Below, piece by piece: positions 12,343-24,038 of a stretch of DNA of 64,000 nucleotides. Under the pieces are notes generated by a model, which saw nothing but the letters and a program-made list of their open reading frames with translations, had not been told where the DNA came from and did no database searches. The position numbers and the translations under genes are program-made. This DNA is from Nemertoderma westbladi. Its lineage: Eukaryota; Animalia; Xenacoelomorpha. Within the stretch, counting starts at the first letter, position 1, and each line of letters begins with the position of its first letter. The stretch spans positions 1 through 64,000 of the forward strand of contig JAUCBJ010004402.1 in assembly GCA_032718475.1 (NCBI GenBank), written 5' to 3'.

Positions 12343-12812
12343 TATGTGTGGGGGCAGCTCATGCAGCCCTTTATAACCATAACCCAATGTTCTACTGCCT
12401 AGAATAATATCAAAGTCTACTTATCTAATACTGTTGCTGTAATAACCCTTACGTGATTTCACCCAATTTATCCATTCCTTACAGCGTTTGGAACACTTTC
12501 TACTGTACCTCCAAACTGAGTATAAAACTCTTACACTAATAACTATCTCCATTCCTTACATGATTTTTTCCTACTAGTGTAAGGTTTGGGAATACGCCCC
12601 CCGGCCCAAGTAGGATTAAATAAAGAGGATTTAGTATTCAAAAATGTTATTATCGAAGGAATCATCTTTGCAGAAATCATCTAGGAACAATTATGATAAA
12701 TATATAAATTGAAGTGAATATACTAAAAGAACTAACCTCTCTTTTGTGGTAGGTGTCAAGTCATTTGTTTGTATCATATCTGAGTCATCTTCAATTGCAT
12801 CTGTAGTGGTAG

Positions 12813-14373
12813 TGTACGCGCTTTTGAAGACCTTTAGCAGTTTAACCTGCCAAAATTTATATGTCTTTTGGTTTATAAATAGACTTTAGAAATTGACAAA
12901 TATTTAATACCAATAAACACAACATTAGCAGAAGCCAGCCTAGTGCGCGTCCATTCACCCGCTGGATATACCCGGGAGACTGGATTCTGAGGGCTTAGAT
13001 TATTATTGCAGTGTAAGCTTACTGTATTATTCGATTGATCGTTAATAAATAATTTCTGACTAATATTATTCACTTTCGGGAAATATTAACAGTTCCTTTC
13101 GGACGTGGCGCTCTATCTAGGTAAACAGAGATATGACTTATACTAATCACAACGGTAAGTCGGTAAGGCTTATGATTCACGTATGAGGCGCATTCTTTAG
13201 GAAATGCTTAGTTATCAGTCACAATCATGCACACTACCGGTAACACACAATACTGCTCCCTAATTTGCCGACCGTCAATGAATTTTATCATATATAAAGA
13301 GAACAGCAACTGACTCATGTAGTGCTTATCAAATAGCATTAAATTCACTACAAACCACAATAATATAAGTCGCAATCGCTATATGTAACCTGTCTCTCTA
13401 ACCTGTAGTGTATCAAGAAAATTGGGAAATTTGGGTTCTTTATAAATGTTCTCCAAATAATATACTAATCTATAATTCTAATTCTATAACTAATTCTATA
13501 ACTAATTCTATAACTAATAATACTAATCACAACGGTAAGTCGGTAAGGCTTATGATTCACGTATGAGGCGCATTCTTTAGGAAATGCTTAGTTATCAGTC
13601 ACAATCATGCACACTACCGGTAACACACAATACTGCTCCCTAATTTGCCGACCGTCAATGAATTTTATCATATATAAAGAGAACAGCAACTGACTCATGT
13701 AGTGCTTATCAAATAGCATTAAATTCACTACAAACCACAATAATATAAGTCGCAATCGCTATATGTAACCTGTCTCTCTAACCTGTAGTGTATCAAGAAA
13801 ATTGGGAAATTTGGGTTCTTTATAAATGTTCTCCAAATAATATTCAACCAACTGATACAAAATATGACAACAGTAAAAAGCATTAAGACGGTAGGTTAAG
13901 ATATGATATGACAAGATTGATATGACTGGACTGATAACAGTTATACGCTCTATAATCTTAAGCCTACTAATGTTTCTTCTAAAGTCTGAAACGAATTGAC
14001 TCTAGAGCCGGTGTTCCTGGCCTAGATAGAAACAACACAACAGTATCAAGAAAAACAGTAAGACTGAACACTCCTAGCACGATCGGCCAAATATCTCCAC
14101 ATCGACAGAAAAAATCGCTCTGATTGGCTGTTAAGCTAAACAAAGAACCATGTGTCCAATGGCCGTTTCCATGTCAGCAACCAGCTGTTAGATGTCGTAA
14201 TCTGAATCATCAAGGCTAAGCTGTGCCAGGGTATTTGACGCATTTGCGGGTTTTTTGCCTTACCATGTCCGCCAAAGCACACATACAGAAGAATGACTTT
14301 TATGTCCGTTAAAACACCTATAACGGTACTTTGCGGGCGACGGGGACTGAGTATATCCGCAAAAGCTTTTACA
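12813..14373 (-). repeat. 3' LTR (1561 bp, includes a 380-bp internal expansion)
   Basis: Matches 24039-25219 except for two substitutions seen by eye near 13100-13112 and a duplication of 13140-13463 at 13520-13843. Confidence 0.95.
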
Positions 14374-14399
14374 CCGCTCCCAGAAAATGGGATTCAAGT

Positions 14400-15893
14400 T
14401 TATAAATATACAAAAATCACAGTTTCTAATATATGTAAATACTCTAAACAGTTAGCCTTTCTTGCGCGGACGGCGTTTACGCAGTTTTTTAAAGCTGGCC
14501 AGAGTCCTTTTCTCTTTGGGGCGAGCCACCTTACAAGGAGGGCTATAACTCCTGGGTGAAGGGTGCAATATAATTGCATCAGAGGATTATGGTCGGTGTA
14601 TCCGCCAGTCGAAGTGCCGGGTTGATTGACATCAACGTCGGGGGAGAGGGGTCTAACTGCTTTGAGAGCGCGTTTTAAGACAGCCGCTCCTACGGGTCCT
14701 TTACGAGTGGTCTGAACGAGAGCCGTGGGTGGACCATAGGCAGTCAGAAACCTCCTGGGTTTAATGGTTCTTTCCAACTCGCGTTCGCGGGCTCGGTATT
14801 CGTAAGGTCGTCGATACACTTCCTGTAACTCGGGGTGTGAGTTAACAAATAAGTCTCCATAGTCCGGATCCTGACGGATATAATTGATTAAGTTATAGGA
14901 ATGAAGGTCGCTAGGATTAACACTCCTGAGAAATTTGCGTACGAACTTGGTTGAAATACATTCTCCGACGCGCTTCAGTAGTTCGTAACTCGATATGCGT
15001 GATTTCTGTTCGACAGAAGCGAATAGATAAGGATGGAACGCATAAACTCCTTCGTAAGCGCGTCCAGGATAATAACGATGGCGCGAATCACAATGTAAAT
15101 CAGTGTTCGCTTCCCAAGCTCTGATGTAACGTAGTGTGATCATTTTATCTACGCTTTCCAAATCGTGATTAAAAGGGCAATCGAAACTGGCGTGTCCCTT
15201 TAGTTGACGATGGTGACATTGAGTCATAAATTGAGGGCAAACCGCAAAAATGTGCAAGTTATTGAGTCTGCAATACGCACAATAAATTTCCATCGCCGGT
15301 TGTTCGTGGAAATAGGAACAGCGGACGTTTGTGTCCATGGGCGTAACATGGTCTCTCGATGCGCATAACCGACAACGTTGCCGAGAAACATAGTTGGCAT
15401 GGCGATAATCGTACGCAGTGAGACACTGTGGACCTTGATACCATTCTAGGATGTAATCGTTGTCGCTGTTCCGGGCGCGATAGGCTGAATCTCCTCAGAT
15501 TCTAGGCATATTGGTTCGTCTTCCCAGTCTGTTACGAATAGAATTTTCGTGATCTATTCTCGGTTTATCGTTACGACTCCGCTGGGTATGATATTTAAAT
15601 AGAACCATTTCCCTTTCGGTGTCTACATCGTCCGTATCATGTAAATCGATAGGATGGCCGGTAGTTAGGAAGTCCATATACGTACTATTACGATGCGTAT
15701 AGCAAGCGGTGAATTTTCGCTAGTCCAATTCACGCGTAAGTTGCTCTTGGGACATCGGCGGTTCGATATAAAGACCATCGTCCTCCGTAATGGTTGGATC
15801 GGTTTCACCGCGTATCAAGCTATCTACAAATGCTTGTAAAGGTAGAGTATATCGCTCCCTGATACCAAGATCATCTTCTATCAACTCCGTCAT
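14400..15893 (-). pseudogene. Extra LTR-element ORF of unknown function with CCHC-like knuckles; ~497 codons broken by two in-frame stops (open part 14400-15338, 312 aa)
   Basis: ATG at 15893, TAG 15720-15722, TGA 15495-15497 and ATG 15338 are all in one frame. Motifs: CRLCASRDH..C, CAYCRLNNLHIFAVC, CHHRQLKGHASFDC. Confidence 0.65.
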
Positions 15894-17162
15894 ATCTGCT
15901 ATCTGAGTTTATTAATATCGAAATGAGTTTATGTTTAGGCGAGCGGACGTCGCTGCCTACCTCTCTTTGCCCCCGGACAGTGGGATTCTCAGCGCCGATG
16001 TACCGTCGTCGCGGTGTTTACGCCAACATGTAGCAACATCACGACAACGATAACCGGCACAAGTCACTCCACTGTCCGTCCCAAAGGCTTGAATCCACTT
16101 TAGGTTCTTTCTATAGGAGAGTTGGGCTACTTTCACAATTGCGACTAGCTACTGTAAACATACTTTAGCAGTAACATTCACCTATAAACGCACAAATTCC
16201 ACACAACTGTCACCAATTGTACACATACAGGCCATTTGTCCGTTAGTCAGTGCCTTCCAGAATGTCACGTTATTACTGTGTATCCTTGGATACTAACAGT
16301 GTGCTATGTATTCTCTATGCTATGCAATGTGACAAGCTTTCTATTGTTCTTTTATCTTGCTTCTAATTCTAGCGTGGGTGTTGCTATGGTGACATTATGG
16401 AATGCTAGCGGTAGAATTAGGGTAATTCTCATGCATACAGATCTGGAATGCTATTTAATAGTAATTCTTTAATTGTCAATATCCTCTTTATGCATGATTT
16501 TATTAATTTTTATCGGCTACTGACTATATGTTGGAGATTCTCGCACTCTAATACACTCAATAGGATGAATCTCCGCTCCCATGATCTATTAATTAATGGA
16601 ATTTTGGGAATGTTATAAATTGCACAAAATGACAATTTATGAAATTCATTTAAAATATGAATTTAAATTTATTCCCGTGAATTTTATTATTTGATGTTAA
16701 AATTGACTCAATTTTTATTCCAGAGCATGTCTGGGGACTGAGGATCTTTAATTCTATAAAATTGTCTTTTAAGAGTATCGGTAAGTGCTACGATATCTTA
16801 ATTGACTAGAAATTTTAAAGGATCTGAATTTTACAGATTTTAATAAATATTAAATTAATATTTAAGATGGGCACCGATTTATTCCAGAACTTGTCTGGGG
16901 ACGTTAACCACTGATTCTAGAATTTGTCTTTCAAGTATATCGGTGGGTGCCGCGATATCTTAATCGACTAGAATTACAGATGGTCAAAAGGTTTAATAAA
17001 CACTAATATATTGCACTAATCTACTAAATAATCACTAAAATAACATTCTACTAAATAAAATTAAAGAAAACGATTATAATAAAATTACATAATAATACAT
17101 ACATAAATATAAAATAAAAACAAATATAAAATGATATAGTCACACGCCCACTCCACATGCTA

Positions 17163-18389
17163 TCACGTTATGGAGTCCCTAGATATTTGTCGGATTAGGG
17201 AAGTAGTCGTAGGAAGAGTATCTTGCCTTCCATAGTTTCCGGACAGTTTTCGGTCTCTTTCCAGTAAACATAAACGACTAGCTGGGCGATTGAGTTGTTG
17301 TGTTACTTTCTCCGCTCCCTTGGCCTGTCTAATCTCCGCCGTGGTAAGATGAGGAGGCCATTCTTCTTCTTCTTCTTTACTTAAGAAGTCGGATCCACCT
17401 AACCAGCCTGGAGTATCTATTAGTTCTTGAGGAGTTGCTCCTCTGGAAGCGATGTCGGCTGGATTAATCGTCCCAAGGCAATGTCTCCATTGATCTACAT
17501 TGGAGTTAATATCGTCATTATCTGAGGAGTATGGTGTTCCCTCAGTTGGATCGTCCACATCACTGCTCTCCACTTCCAATTCCTTTACTTGGTATACCTG
17601 TTGTTGAGGTAATCTCTCTTTGAGAGTTCTACGGGAAGGGCCAGTGAAGTACCAACCTACTCTAGTTCTTACCGCATAGGTTTGCAGTGGCTGCGGTTGA
17701 GCAGGCCGTTTCTCCAATGTCTCAAGCGCCTCATGCGCGTTTTGGCCGATGAGTATTTGCACTCCAGGATAATCTGTCTGGAATCGAGGTATCTTAAGCT
17801 GTTGGATGCTCTCGTCCTCGTCCCAGTTATACGGTTCTGCTTGGGTAGTAGCGAAGTTCTTTATAGCCACCATTTTTACTGACCTTATACTTTGTGCTCC
17901 TAATTTATCCTGGGGGGTGGACAACGCACCTACATAGTAATCTGCCGTTATGGTAGATTTCCAAACCTGCATAATTCCGGACATATTCAACTTAGTTTGG
18001 AATTTCGGTTGTCCAGCAAAGATATCTTCGGCTAGTTCTTGATCAATGAATGTTCCTGTGCTGCCGGAGTCAAGGAGGGCATTCACTATGTAACTTTTGT
18101 TAGGACCGTGAACTCTTACCTGCACTACAGGAAATTCTCTGATTCCTACGTTGGAAGTTGGAGCTTTCCAAGATGGTTGTCTGTCAAAAGTAGTTGGGGG
18201 GAACTCATTGTCGGTGTCCTTTTCATAAGTAAGTGCTCGATACACCGCGGTATTGATTATGTAACAGGATTCGTTGGCGTCGGAGAATTCGTCAGTATAG
18301 AATCCTTCCATCTCAGATTCTTGATCAGTGTCATTTACATCACTGAATTGGACATGTAGTTCGGGCTCACTTACCTGACTCGGGTTGTT
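17163..18389 (-). CDS. pol: Internally deleted pol: aspartic protease fused in frame to the end of the RNase H region
   Basis: ALLDSGSTGTFI active site, VQILIG..AVRTRVGW, then directly QWRHCLGTINPADIASRG (Bel/Pao RNase H C-terminal motif). No YxDD RT or integrase motifs. In frame with gag: 26 open codons separate the gag TGA from the Met at 18311. Confidence 0.85.
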   Translation of the reverse strand, partial: NNPSQVSEPELHVQFSDVNDTDQESEMEGFYTDEFSDANESCYIINTAVYRALTYEKDTDNEFPPTTFDRQPSWKAPTSNVGIREFPVVQVRVHGPNKSYIVNALLDSGSTGTFIDQELAEDIFAGQPKFQTKLNMSGIMQVWKSTITADYYVGALSTPQDKLGAQSIRSVKMVAIKNFATTQAEPYNWDEDESIQQLKIPRFQTDYPGVQILIGQNAHEALETLEKRPAQPQPLQTYAVRTRVGWYFTGPSRRTLKERLPQQQVYQVKELEVESSDVDDPTEGTPYSSDNDDINSNVDQWRHCLGTINPADIASRGATPQELIDTPGWLGGSDFLSKEEEEEWPPHLTTAEIRQAKGAEKVTQQLNRPASRLCLLERDRKLSGNYGRQDTLPTTTSLIRQISRDSIT

Positions 18390-21300
18390 TCATTCGAACT
18401 CACTGTGTAACAAGATGTGATGTTTCGCGCCACACTTTGCACACTTTACGTCGGAGTAACAGGTTCGCCGTTGGTGTCCTGATCTGAGGCAATTATAGCA
18501 TAACCGCTTATTCCACAGGACTGCACGTCTGTCTACAAGGGATTTCTTTAGAAATTCAGCACACGCACTCAAACGGTGGGGCCCGTCGCACAGCTCACAT
18601 TTTGGTTTGATGTTACTCACTTTACCTTGGGTAACGTTATGCACTCTCGTTCTTTCTTCGGGCTTTCTTCCGTGAATTCTCTTAGGAGACGTAGGAGGAG
18701 TTGTTGTTACCTGTTCTCTCCTGTCACTGGTTCGAAACTTGTATTTACTTACGTCTTTATAGGTCTTGTTGTCATAGTAAGATTTTGCTGTGTCTTTCCC
18801 GCTGTCCTCTTCTTGAGAAGCTTGGCTTTCGCCGTCGTCAGTATAATACACTGGTATGACTCTTCTCCTAGAAACGGGTTTCTCACTTACCTTATTTTCC
18901 GATGTTTTTTCTCTGGACTGCTTGATGAGTTGTAGTTTTACTTCACCATCTAAAAAGGACATGAGATCAGCCATGGTAGGGCTTCGTCGTTGCTGCTCAT
19001 TCATATACAACACTTTCTTGTCCCAGCGTGTACATACTCCACCCTTTGGTAAAGTAGAGACTACTGCTCCAATAACCATGGAACTCTGATATTCATGAGA
19101 CTTACCTAACCAGTCCAATTGTCTGCAGATCTCCTGAATCTCATCGGAAAACTCTATAATCCCGCTACTAAGGAAGTTTCGGGGGGCTACTAATTTTGCA
19201 TACAAATACTTAGCTATGTTATCCTTGTTACCATACCTGATGTTTAATGTATCCCAAACTTGTCTTAATCCTTCTGGATGTCCAATAAACTTTAACGCCA
19301 TTAACTTGGGAGGTCCTTCCAAGCACTTGATGAGGAACCTAAGTTTCTCTCCATTAGATAGCACAGAGTTCTGTATGCTGTCTTTGTAATATTCGTTGAA
19401 AGGTAACCATTTCATCTCATCTCCATTGAATTTGACGATCTCTCCCACTTTGACCGCTTGGCGGGCTTCTGTTCTAGCCATCTGACGCGTAAAGCTTTCT
19501 TGGGCCATCGTGTTATTTAATATCGAATTATCGGTATATAAATTTCTCGGATCATTATCAGGTCTATAGGGAATATCATTAACAACAGGTCTATAATCAC
19601 CCTTAATAGGGTTTGCTATAGGAGTTTCTACTTCACTAGCAGTATAGATGCGTGTAGGCTCCACACCTTGCGCATGTAATACTTCAGACCTAACAGGTTG
19701 ACACAATGTTACAGGGGGTATTGGTATCGCTTTTTGTATATTGACTAATATGTCGCGTTCTAGAGCGATACTTTGCTGCACTTCTTGCAATTCGGCCCTA
19801 CCTTCCCTTACTGTTCCCTTAAGTTGGTGGACAGTCTCCTGCATCTGTCCGAGCAGGAGATTCATCCCCCGCCGTCCCTCCTCTACCCACTCGACCGCCG
19901 AAGCGGGAGTCGCCAACATTGTAGCGGGCTGACGCGGGACGACGGGAGACAAATCTTTGATTTCTCTCTCAGCTTCCAGGACAGGGATATTCTCATGGAC
20001 TGTTCTACCGGGTACAGGCAGTGTAGTACTGTGTAGAGGGAATTTAGAGTTAAGCTCTGGAAGTACAGGGGTCTCTAGCACAGGAGTGGCTTTGGGAACG
20101 ACAGGCCTAATTATTTCAGGCTCATCAACTATTGTAGGGAGTCTTTTGACCTGAATAATTTGTTCTGTGGGTTCTGTACTACCTAAGTCTGTGCTAGTTA
20201 GTTGTCTTCTAACCGCCGGGGGCGAATCAGGCAATTTGTGGCGGTGAGATGTTTTTCTACGCCTGCTTAGACGAGATCTATTTCCTCCGCCTTCAGGATC
20301 GGTGGTTTCGCTTTCCTCCGATGATGTGTATCCCTGGCGTTTTGGAGTAGATTGTCTCATCATCTGCATTCGACTAGCAGTTAACTGTTTATTTATGTTG
20401 TCTTGCGTCTCTTGCAGATTTTCCAACTCCAGTTGGGTAGTCTGCTCAGACGCTCTCCGTTCTGCTTCTGCCACTGCCTTTGCCGCCTTTCTTTCCGCCT
20501 CTACTTCTGCCATTGCTATTGCCGCTGCCTTTCTTTCTGCTTCTGCTTCTGCCACCGCTGCCTTTCTTTCTTCTTCTGCTTCTGCCACCGCTGCCTTTCT
20601 TTCTACTTCTGCTTCTGCCATGGCCGCCACCTTTTGTTCCTCTATCCGTCTTTTCTTTACTTGTTCTTCTTGGACTCTAGCGAGGCGGAGTTTTTCATCA
20701 AATTTAGCTTGGTTTGCAGCTAACATTTCCGCATCGATTGAGTCCAACACAAGCTTGGTTCCTTCACTATTAGGGGAAAGTCCAGACAGCCGTCTCCTCA
20801 ACTCTTCATCACCCAAGAAGCGTTGATAGTCTGACAGATAGATGTCTATGGCGTCTCTCGAGGGCGGCTTCTCTGCTGCTGTCTCTTCGCTTTCCACTTG
20901 AGAAAGGGTGGCATCGGTTGGTTCTTCATAGGTTGGTCTCTCAGCCAGCTGGGATTTCCACTGGGCCGTTTCTTGAACTTTGAGACCTACCCGCTGGAAC
21001 CAAGTCTTGACAGCAACCTGCAGCGACGTGTCCTGTCTTCTTTTGGAAGTTTCCTCAAAGGCTGATAGGATTAGTCTAATGCGTAGGGTTCTTTCACGTA
21101 CTTGATAAAGCAGCTCTTCCTGCTCTTGAGGTCCTTGGGGTTGTCGAAACAATTGTTCTTCCAATCTCTCTAAGGAGCCGAAGAATCCCTGCACATATCC
21201 TGCTGCCGACCTCTTCCAAACAGCTGGATCCATCGTATCTTTAGCCACTCCCATCCTGTGTATATCTTCCCAAGTAGCTTCGGACAAATCTAACGGGAGT

Positions 21301-21812
21301 CCGGGTCTGGGAAAGTTCCATTGTGACTCGACAATAGAGATCAATTCTTCCCTGGCGTATCCCACATAACTATCTTGGGTCGCTCGCTTACTTCTCGCCC
21401 AATCGGCTTGATGTTCCTCCACCGCAATCAATATTGTAGTTAGCACTGCGGCAGGAAGGGTGAGAAGGGGATCCGAGTAGGCTGTAGCCGCCATCTGCAC
21501 TCTGCGTTCGGGGGTCAGCTCTACAGTATCCGAACTACTGGAGCTATCGGGTCGCTGGGAACGAGTTTCTTGACTAGGCTGTTGCTGCTGCTGGACAGCT
21601 GCTTCCTGGTTCCGTTTGACTTGGGCCCGAGTGCCGATGATAGACCTACGGTGTTGGATTAGCTTAGGGTCTGATACTACTACTGGAGGGATGACCTTTC
21701 TTTCAGTAGGAGGTGAGCTGAACTCCTTTCTTAATCGCTCCACGCTCCTATCTGTGTCACAGGTGGTTGTATCGATTAGACTGTCTGACAGGTTTTGCTG
21801 GGTGTCAGACAT
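18390..21812 (-). CDS. gag: Bel/Pao Gag (coiled coil, DUF1759-like capsid region, triple Cys/His knuckle)
   Basis: 1140-aa open frame with KFNGDEMKWLPF..KDSI..LSNGEKLRFL..CLEGPP. The C-terminal CELCDGPHRLSAC / CYNCLRSGHQRRTC / CAKCGAKHHILLH array is the Bel/Pao signature. Confidence 0.92.
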   Translation of the reverse strand: MSDTQQNLSDSLIDTTTCDTDRSVERLRKEFSSPPTERKVIPPVVVSDPKLIQHRRSIIGTRAQVKRNQEAAVQQQQQPSQETRSQRPDSSSSSDTVELTPERRVQMAATAYSDPLLTLPAAVLTTILIAVEEHQADWARSKRATQDSYVGYAREELISIVESQWNFPRPGLPLDLSEATWEDIHRMGVAKDTMDPAVWKRSAAGYVQGFFGSLERLEEQLFRQPQGPQEQEELLYQVRERTLRIRLILSAFEETSKRRQDTSLQVAVKTWFQRVGLKVQETAQWKSQLAERPTYEEPTDATLSQVESEETAAEKPPSRDAIDIYLSDYQRFLGDEELRRRLSGLSPNSEGTKLVLDSIDAEMLAANQAKFDEKLRLARVQEEQVKKRRIEEQKVAAMAEAEVERKAAVAEAEEERKAAVAEAEAERKAAAIAMAEVEAERKAAKAVAEAERRASEQTTQLELENLQETQDNINKQLTASRMQMMRQSTPKRQGYTSSEESETTDPEGGGNRSRLSRRRKTSHRHKLPDSPPAVRRQLTSTDLGSTEPTEQIIQVKRLPTIVDEPEIIRPVVPKATPVLETPVLPELNSKFPLHSTTLPVPGRTVHENIPVLEAEREIKDLSPVVPRQPATMLATPASAVEWVEEGRRGMNLLLGQMQETVHQLKGTVREGRAELQEVQQSIALERDILVNIQKAIPIPPVTLCQPVRSEVLHAQGVEPTRIYTASEVETPIANPIKGDYRPVVNDIPYRPDNDPRNLYTDNSILNNTMAQESFTRQMARTEARQAVKVGEIVKFNGDEMKWLPFNEYYKDSIQNSVLSNGEKLRFLIKCLEGPPKLMALKFIGHPEGLRQVWDTLNIRYGNKDNIAKYLYAKLVAPRNFLSSGIIEFSDEIQEICRQLDWLGKSHEYQSSMVIGAVVSTLPKGGVCTRWDKKVLYMNEQQRRSPTMADLMSFLDGEVKLQLIKQSREKTSENKVSEKPVSRRRVIPVYYTDDGESQASQEEDSGKDTAKSYYDNKTYKDVSKYKFRTSDRREQVTTTPPTSPKRIHGRKPEERTRVHNVTQGKVSNIKPKCELCDGPHRLSACAEFLKKSLVDRRAVLWNKRLCYNCLRSGHQRRTCYSDVKCAKCGAKHHILLHSEFE

Positions 21813-23150
21813 GTTTAGCTATACGGTTGAATGCCTACTGCTATAGTTACAGTTAAAGCAAGTCTAGTAATTCAGTATGACCGTTGGCCTAGTACCATTA
21901 ATTTATTACAGTATATTAGAATACCGGTATACACTTATAATATATAGAAGTATTGTAAACTAGGTTTGTCACAGAGTACCGGTATATAATTTTAGCACAA
22001 ATATATATAAATATATAATAGGCCTATCGTGAATACCGGTATGCAGCTTACACTTATAGTATATATAAGTATAATTATAAACTAGAATTAATTACAGAAT
22101 ACCAGTATGATTTCAGCCCAACTTTATAGAAATAAATATAATAGGCCTATCGTGGATACCGGTATATCAATTATTTAAATAATTGAATTTCTGAATTTTA
22201 AAGGTTACTTACTTAGTTACTTTAACTTACTTTATTACCGTTATTTAAGCAGTAGTCCAACTGATATTGAGACCTAGTTGTTGTATGGCAGGCCTACTAT
22301 TTATAAATCATTTGAGTTGATTTATAATAGATATATACCCGTTTAAAATGGGTTTTGTCAATATTTGAAATAAATGTTATTATTTCTGGGGGAAGTCACT
22401 ACACAGAAGCTGTGCGCTCTCAGTGAAGTGCTACTTATGGGACACTAAAACAGATAATTCTAATTTACCTAAGTTACTTAATACTACAAATTACTTACGA
22501 TACGGGTGAGATTAAATCTCTACTTAAACACAACAAAAATATTACGTACAAAATTTTAGGGTAATTTTACAGGAAGTCTACAAACCAGCCTAACAAAGGG
22601 TTAGAATTCTGGTTATTACAACGGACAGGGTACTACGGTATTTGAAAATAATAAGTAGTAGTAAATATATTGCACTGTCCAGATAGGAAAAATACCACCG
22701 CCTGACGACCTATAGCCGTATCGCTATAGGTACTACGTTATGTATCACGGAGTGTTCCTACCTGGAAGTTAATTACCGCGGACTACCAGATCCAACGTGC
22801 CTATTAACCACTTTACAACACAATACACTGCCTACACACTAATTACTTTCGGAAAGCACTGTACACCAAACCCTAAATTAGGTACAAGTACTTATTAAAA
22901 ACAAATAACTAGCAGTTAAATATACTTGAACAGTTAAAAGAACCACGGCATCTGCTGGAGTGACCGGTGCACAAAATCACCAGTCTTTTCCTACGCCAAG
23001 CAGCCCGTGTAGTACCGGGGTTAATTTAACTATAACGGTATGTGTAATAAGCACAATTACTGTAGGAATAAACTTGGGGACATGAATGTTGCGAATAATC
23101 GCATAAACTCTGAATAATAAATATTACGCTACCCGTACAAAATACAAACC

Positions 23151-23675
23151 AAACGCTGGCAGACTACCACCAAGCCTAAGTAAACTACAGTATGTGTAGA
23201 TTCCAAAATGGTTAGTTAGTATGCGTTCTAACACGGTAGTACGACTTATTCTTTAAGAGGGGATTGACCTTACAGCTATGGCTGCCCCAACTTACTAACT
23301 GGCACTTTATCAGACAAACTCTACACACGCAGCAATCTCTTCAGACCTAATAATAGCTAGACAACAATCCAGCCTACAAATATCTGAGTAATAACTATTA
23401 CGGTACCTGAACAGACCACACAAACAAACACAGGCCAAAACGCTGGCAGACTACTGTCAAGCCTAAATAAACTACAGTATATGCAGATTCCGAAATGGTT
23501 AGTTAGTATGCGTTCTAACACGGTAGTACGACTTATTCTTTAAGAGGGGATTGACCTTACAGCTATGGCTGCCCCAACTTACTAACTGGCACTTTATCAG
23601 ACAAACTCTACACACGCCGTAATCTCTCCAAACCCAACAACAATCCGACAACAGTCCGGCCTACAATTATCTGAA
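23151..23675. repeat. Direct duplication (~230 bp) in the retroelement 5' leader
   Basis: AAACGCTGGCAGACTAC...GAGGGGATTGACCTTACAGCTATGG...CTCTACACACGC occurs at ~23151 and ~23438. Confidence 0.85.
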
Positions 23676-23847
23676 CAATCTGAGCAGACTTACACGTCTT
23701 CAGCTCAATATTAACTTACATGTAAATAAAACCGACAGAAATAAGTAAAATCTCAATAAAAAACCAGGGCGGCCGTTCCCTGATTAAGTACTAAGACCTA
23801 CCGGTATACAATAATCAAATCGAATAATACTAATGTACTTATACTGG

Positions 23848-23972
23848 AAGTACCGGTTAGGACAGTTGGGCCTACGGACCTACAGAAGTACCGGTTCTGG
23901 CAGTTGGACCTACGGACCTACAGCAGTACCGGTTCTGGCAGTTGGGCCTACTCACCTACAGAAGTACCGGTT
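23848..23972. repeat. ~36-bp tandem repeat (AGTACCGGTTCTGGCAGTTGGRCCTACGGACCTACAG) near the 5' LTR
   Basis: About 3.5 degenerate copies are visible. Confidence 0.8.
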
Positions 23973-24038
23973 CAGGTTTACCGGTCGACCGGTACTTTCA
24001 ACTTTATTGCTTACTGCAATAAAGACAATAACTGTTAT

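Noticed and set aside
12873-13073. Identical 66-aa ORFs at 12873 and 24099
   Set aside because: They lie within the two LTRs, so their identity reflects the LTR duplication; no recognisable domain.
16690-16975. ~170-bp degenerate direct repeat inside the retroelement
   Set aside because: It is present, but such non-coding duplications are ordinary in LTR-element spacers and no further signal was seen.
17682-21846. Plus-strand ORFs overlapping gag and pol
   Set aside because: They are antisense shadows of the coding strand with low-complexity translations.
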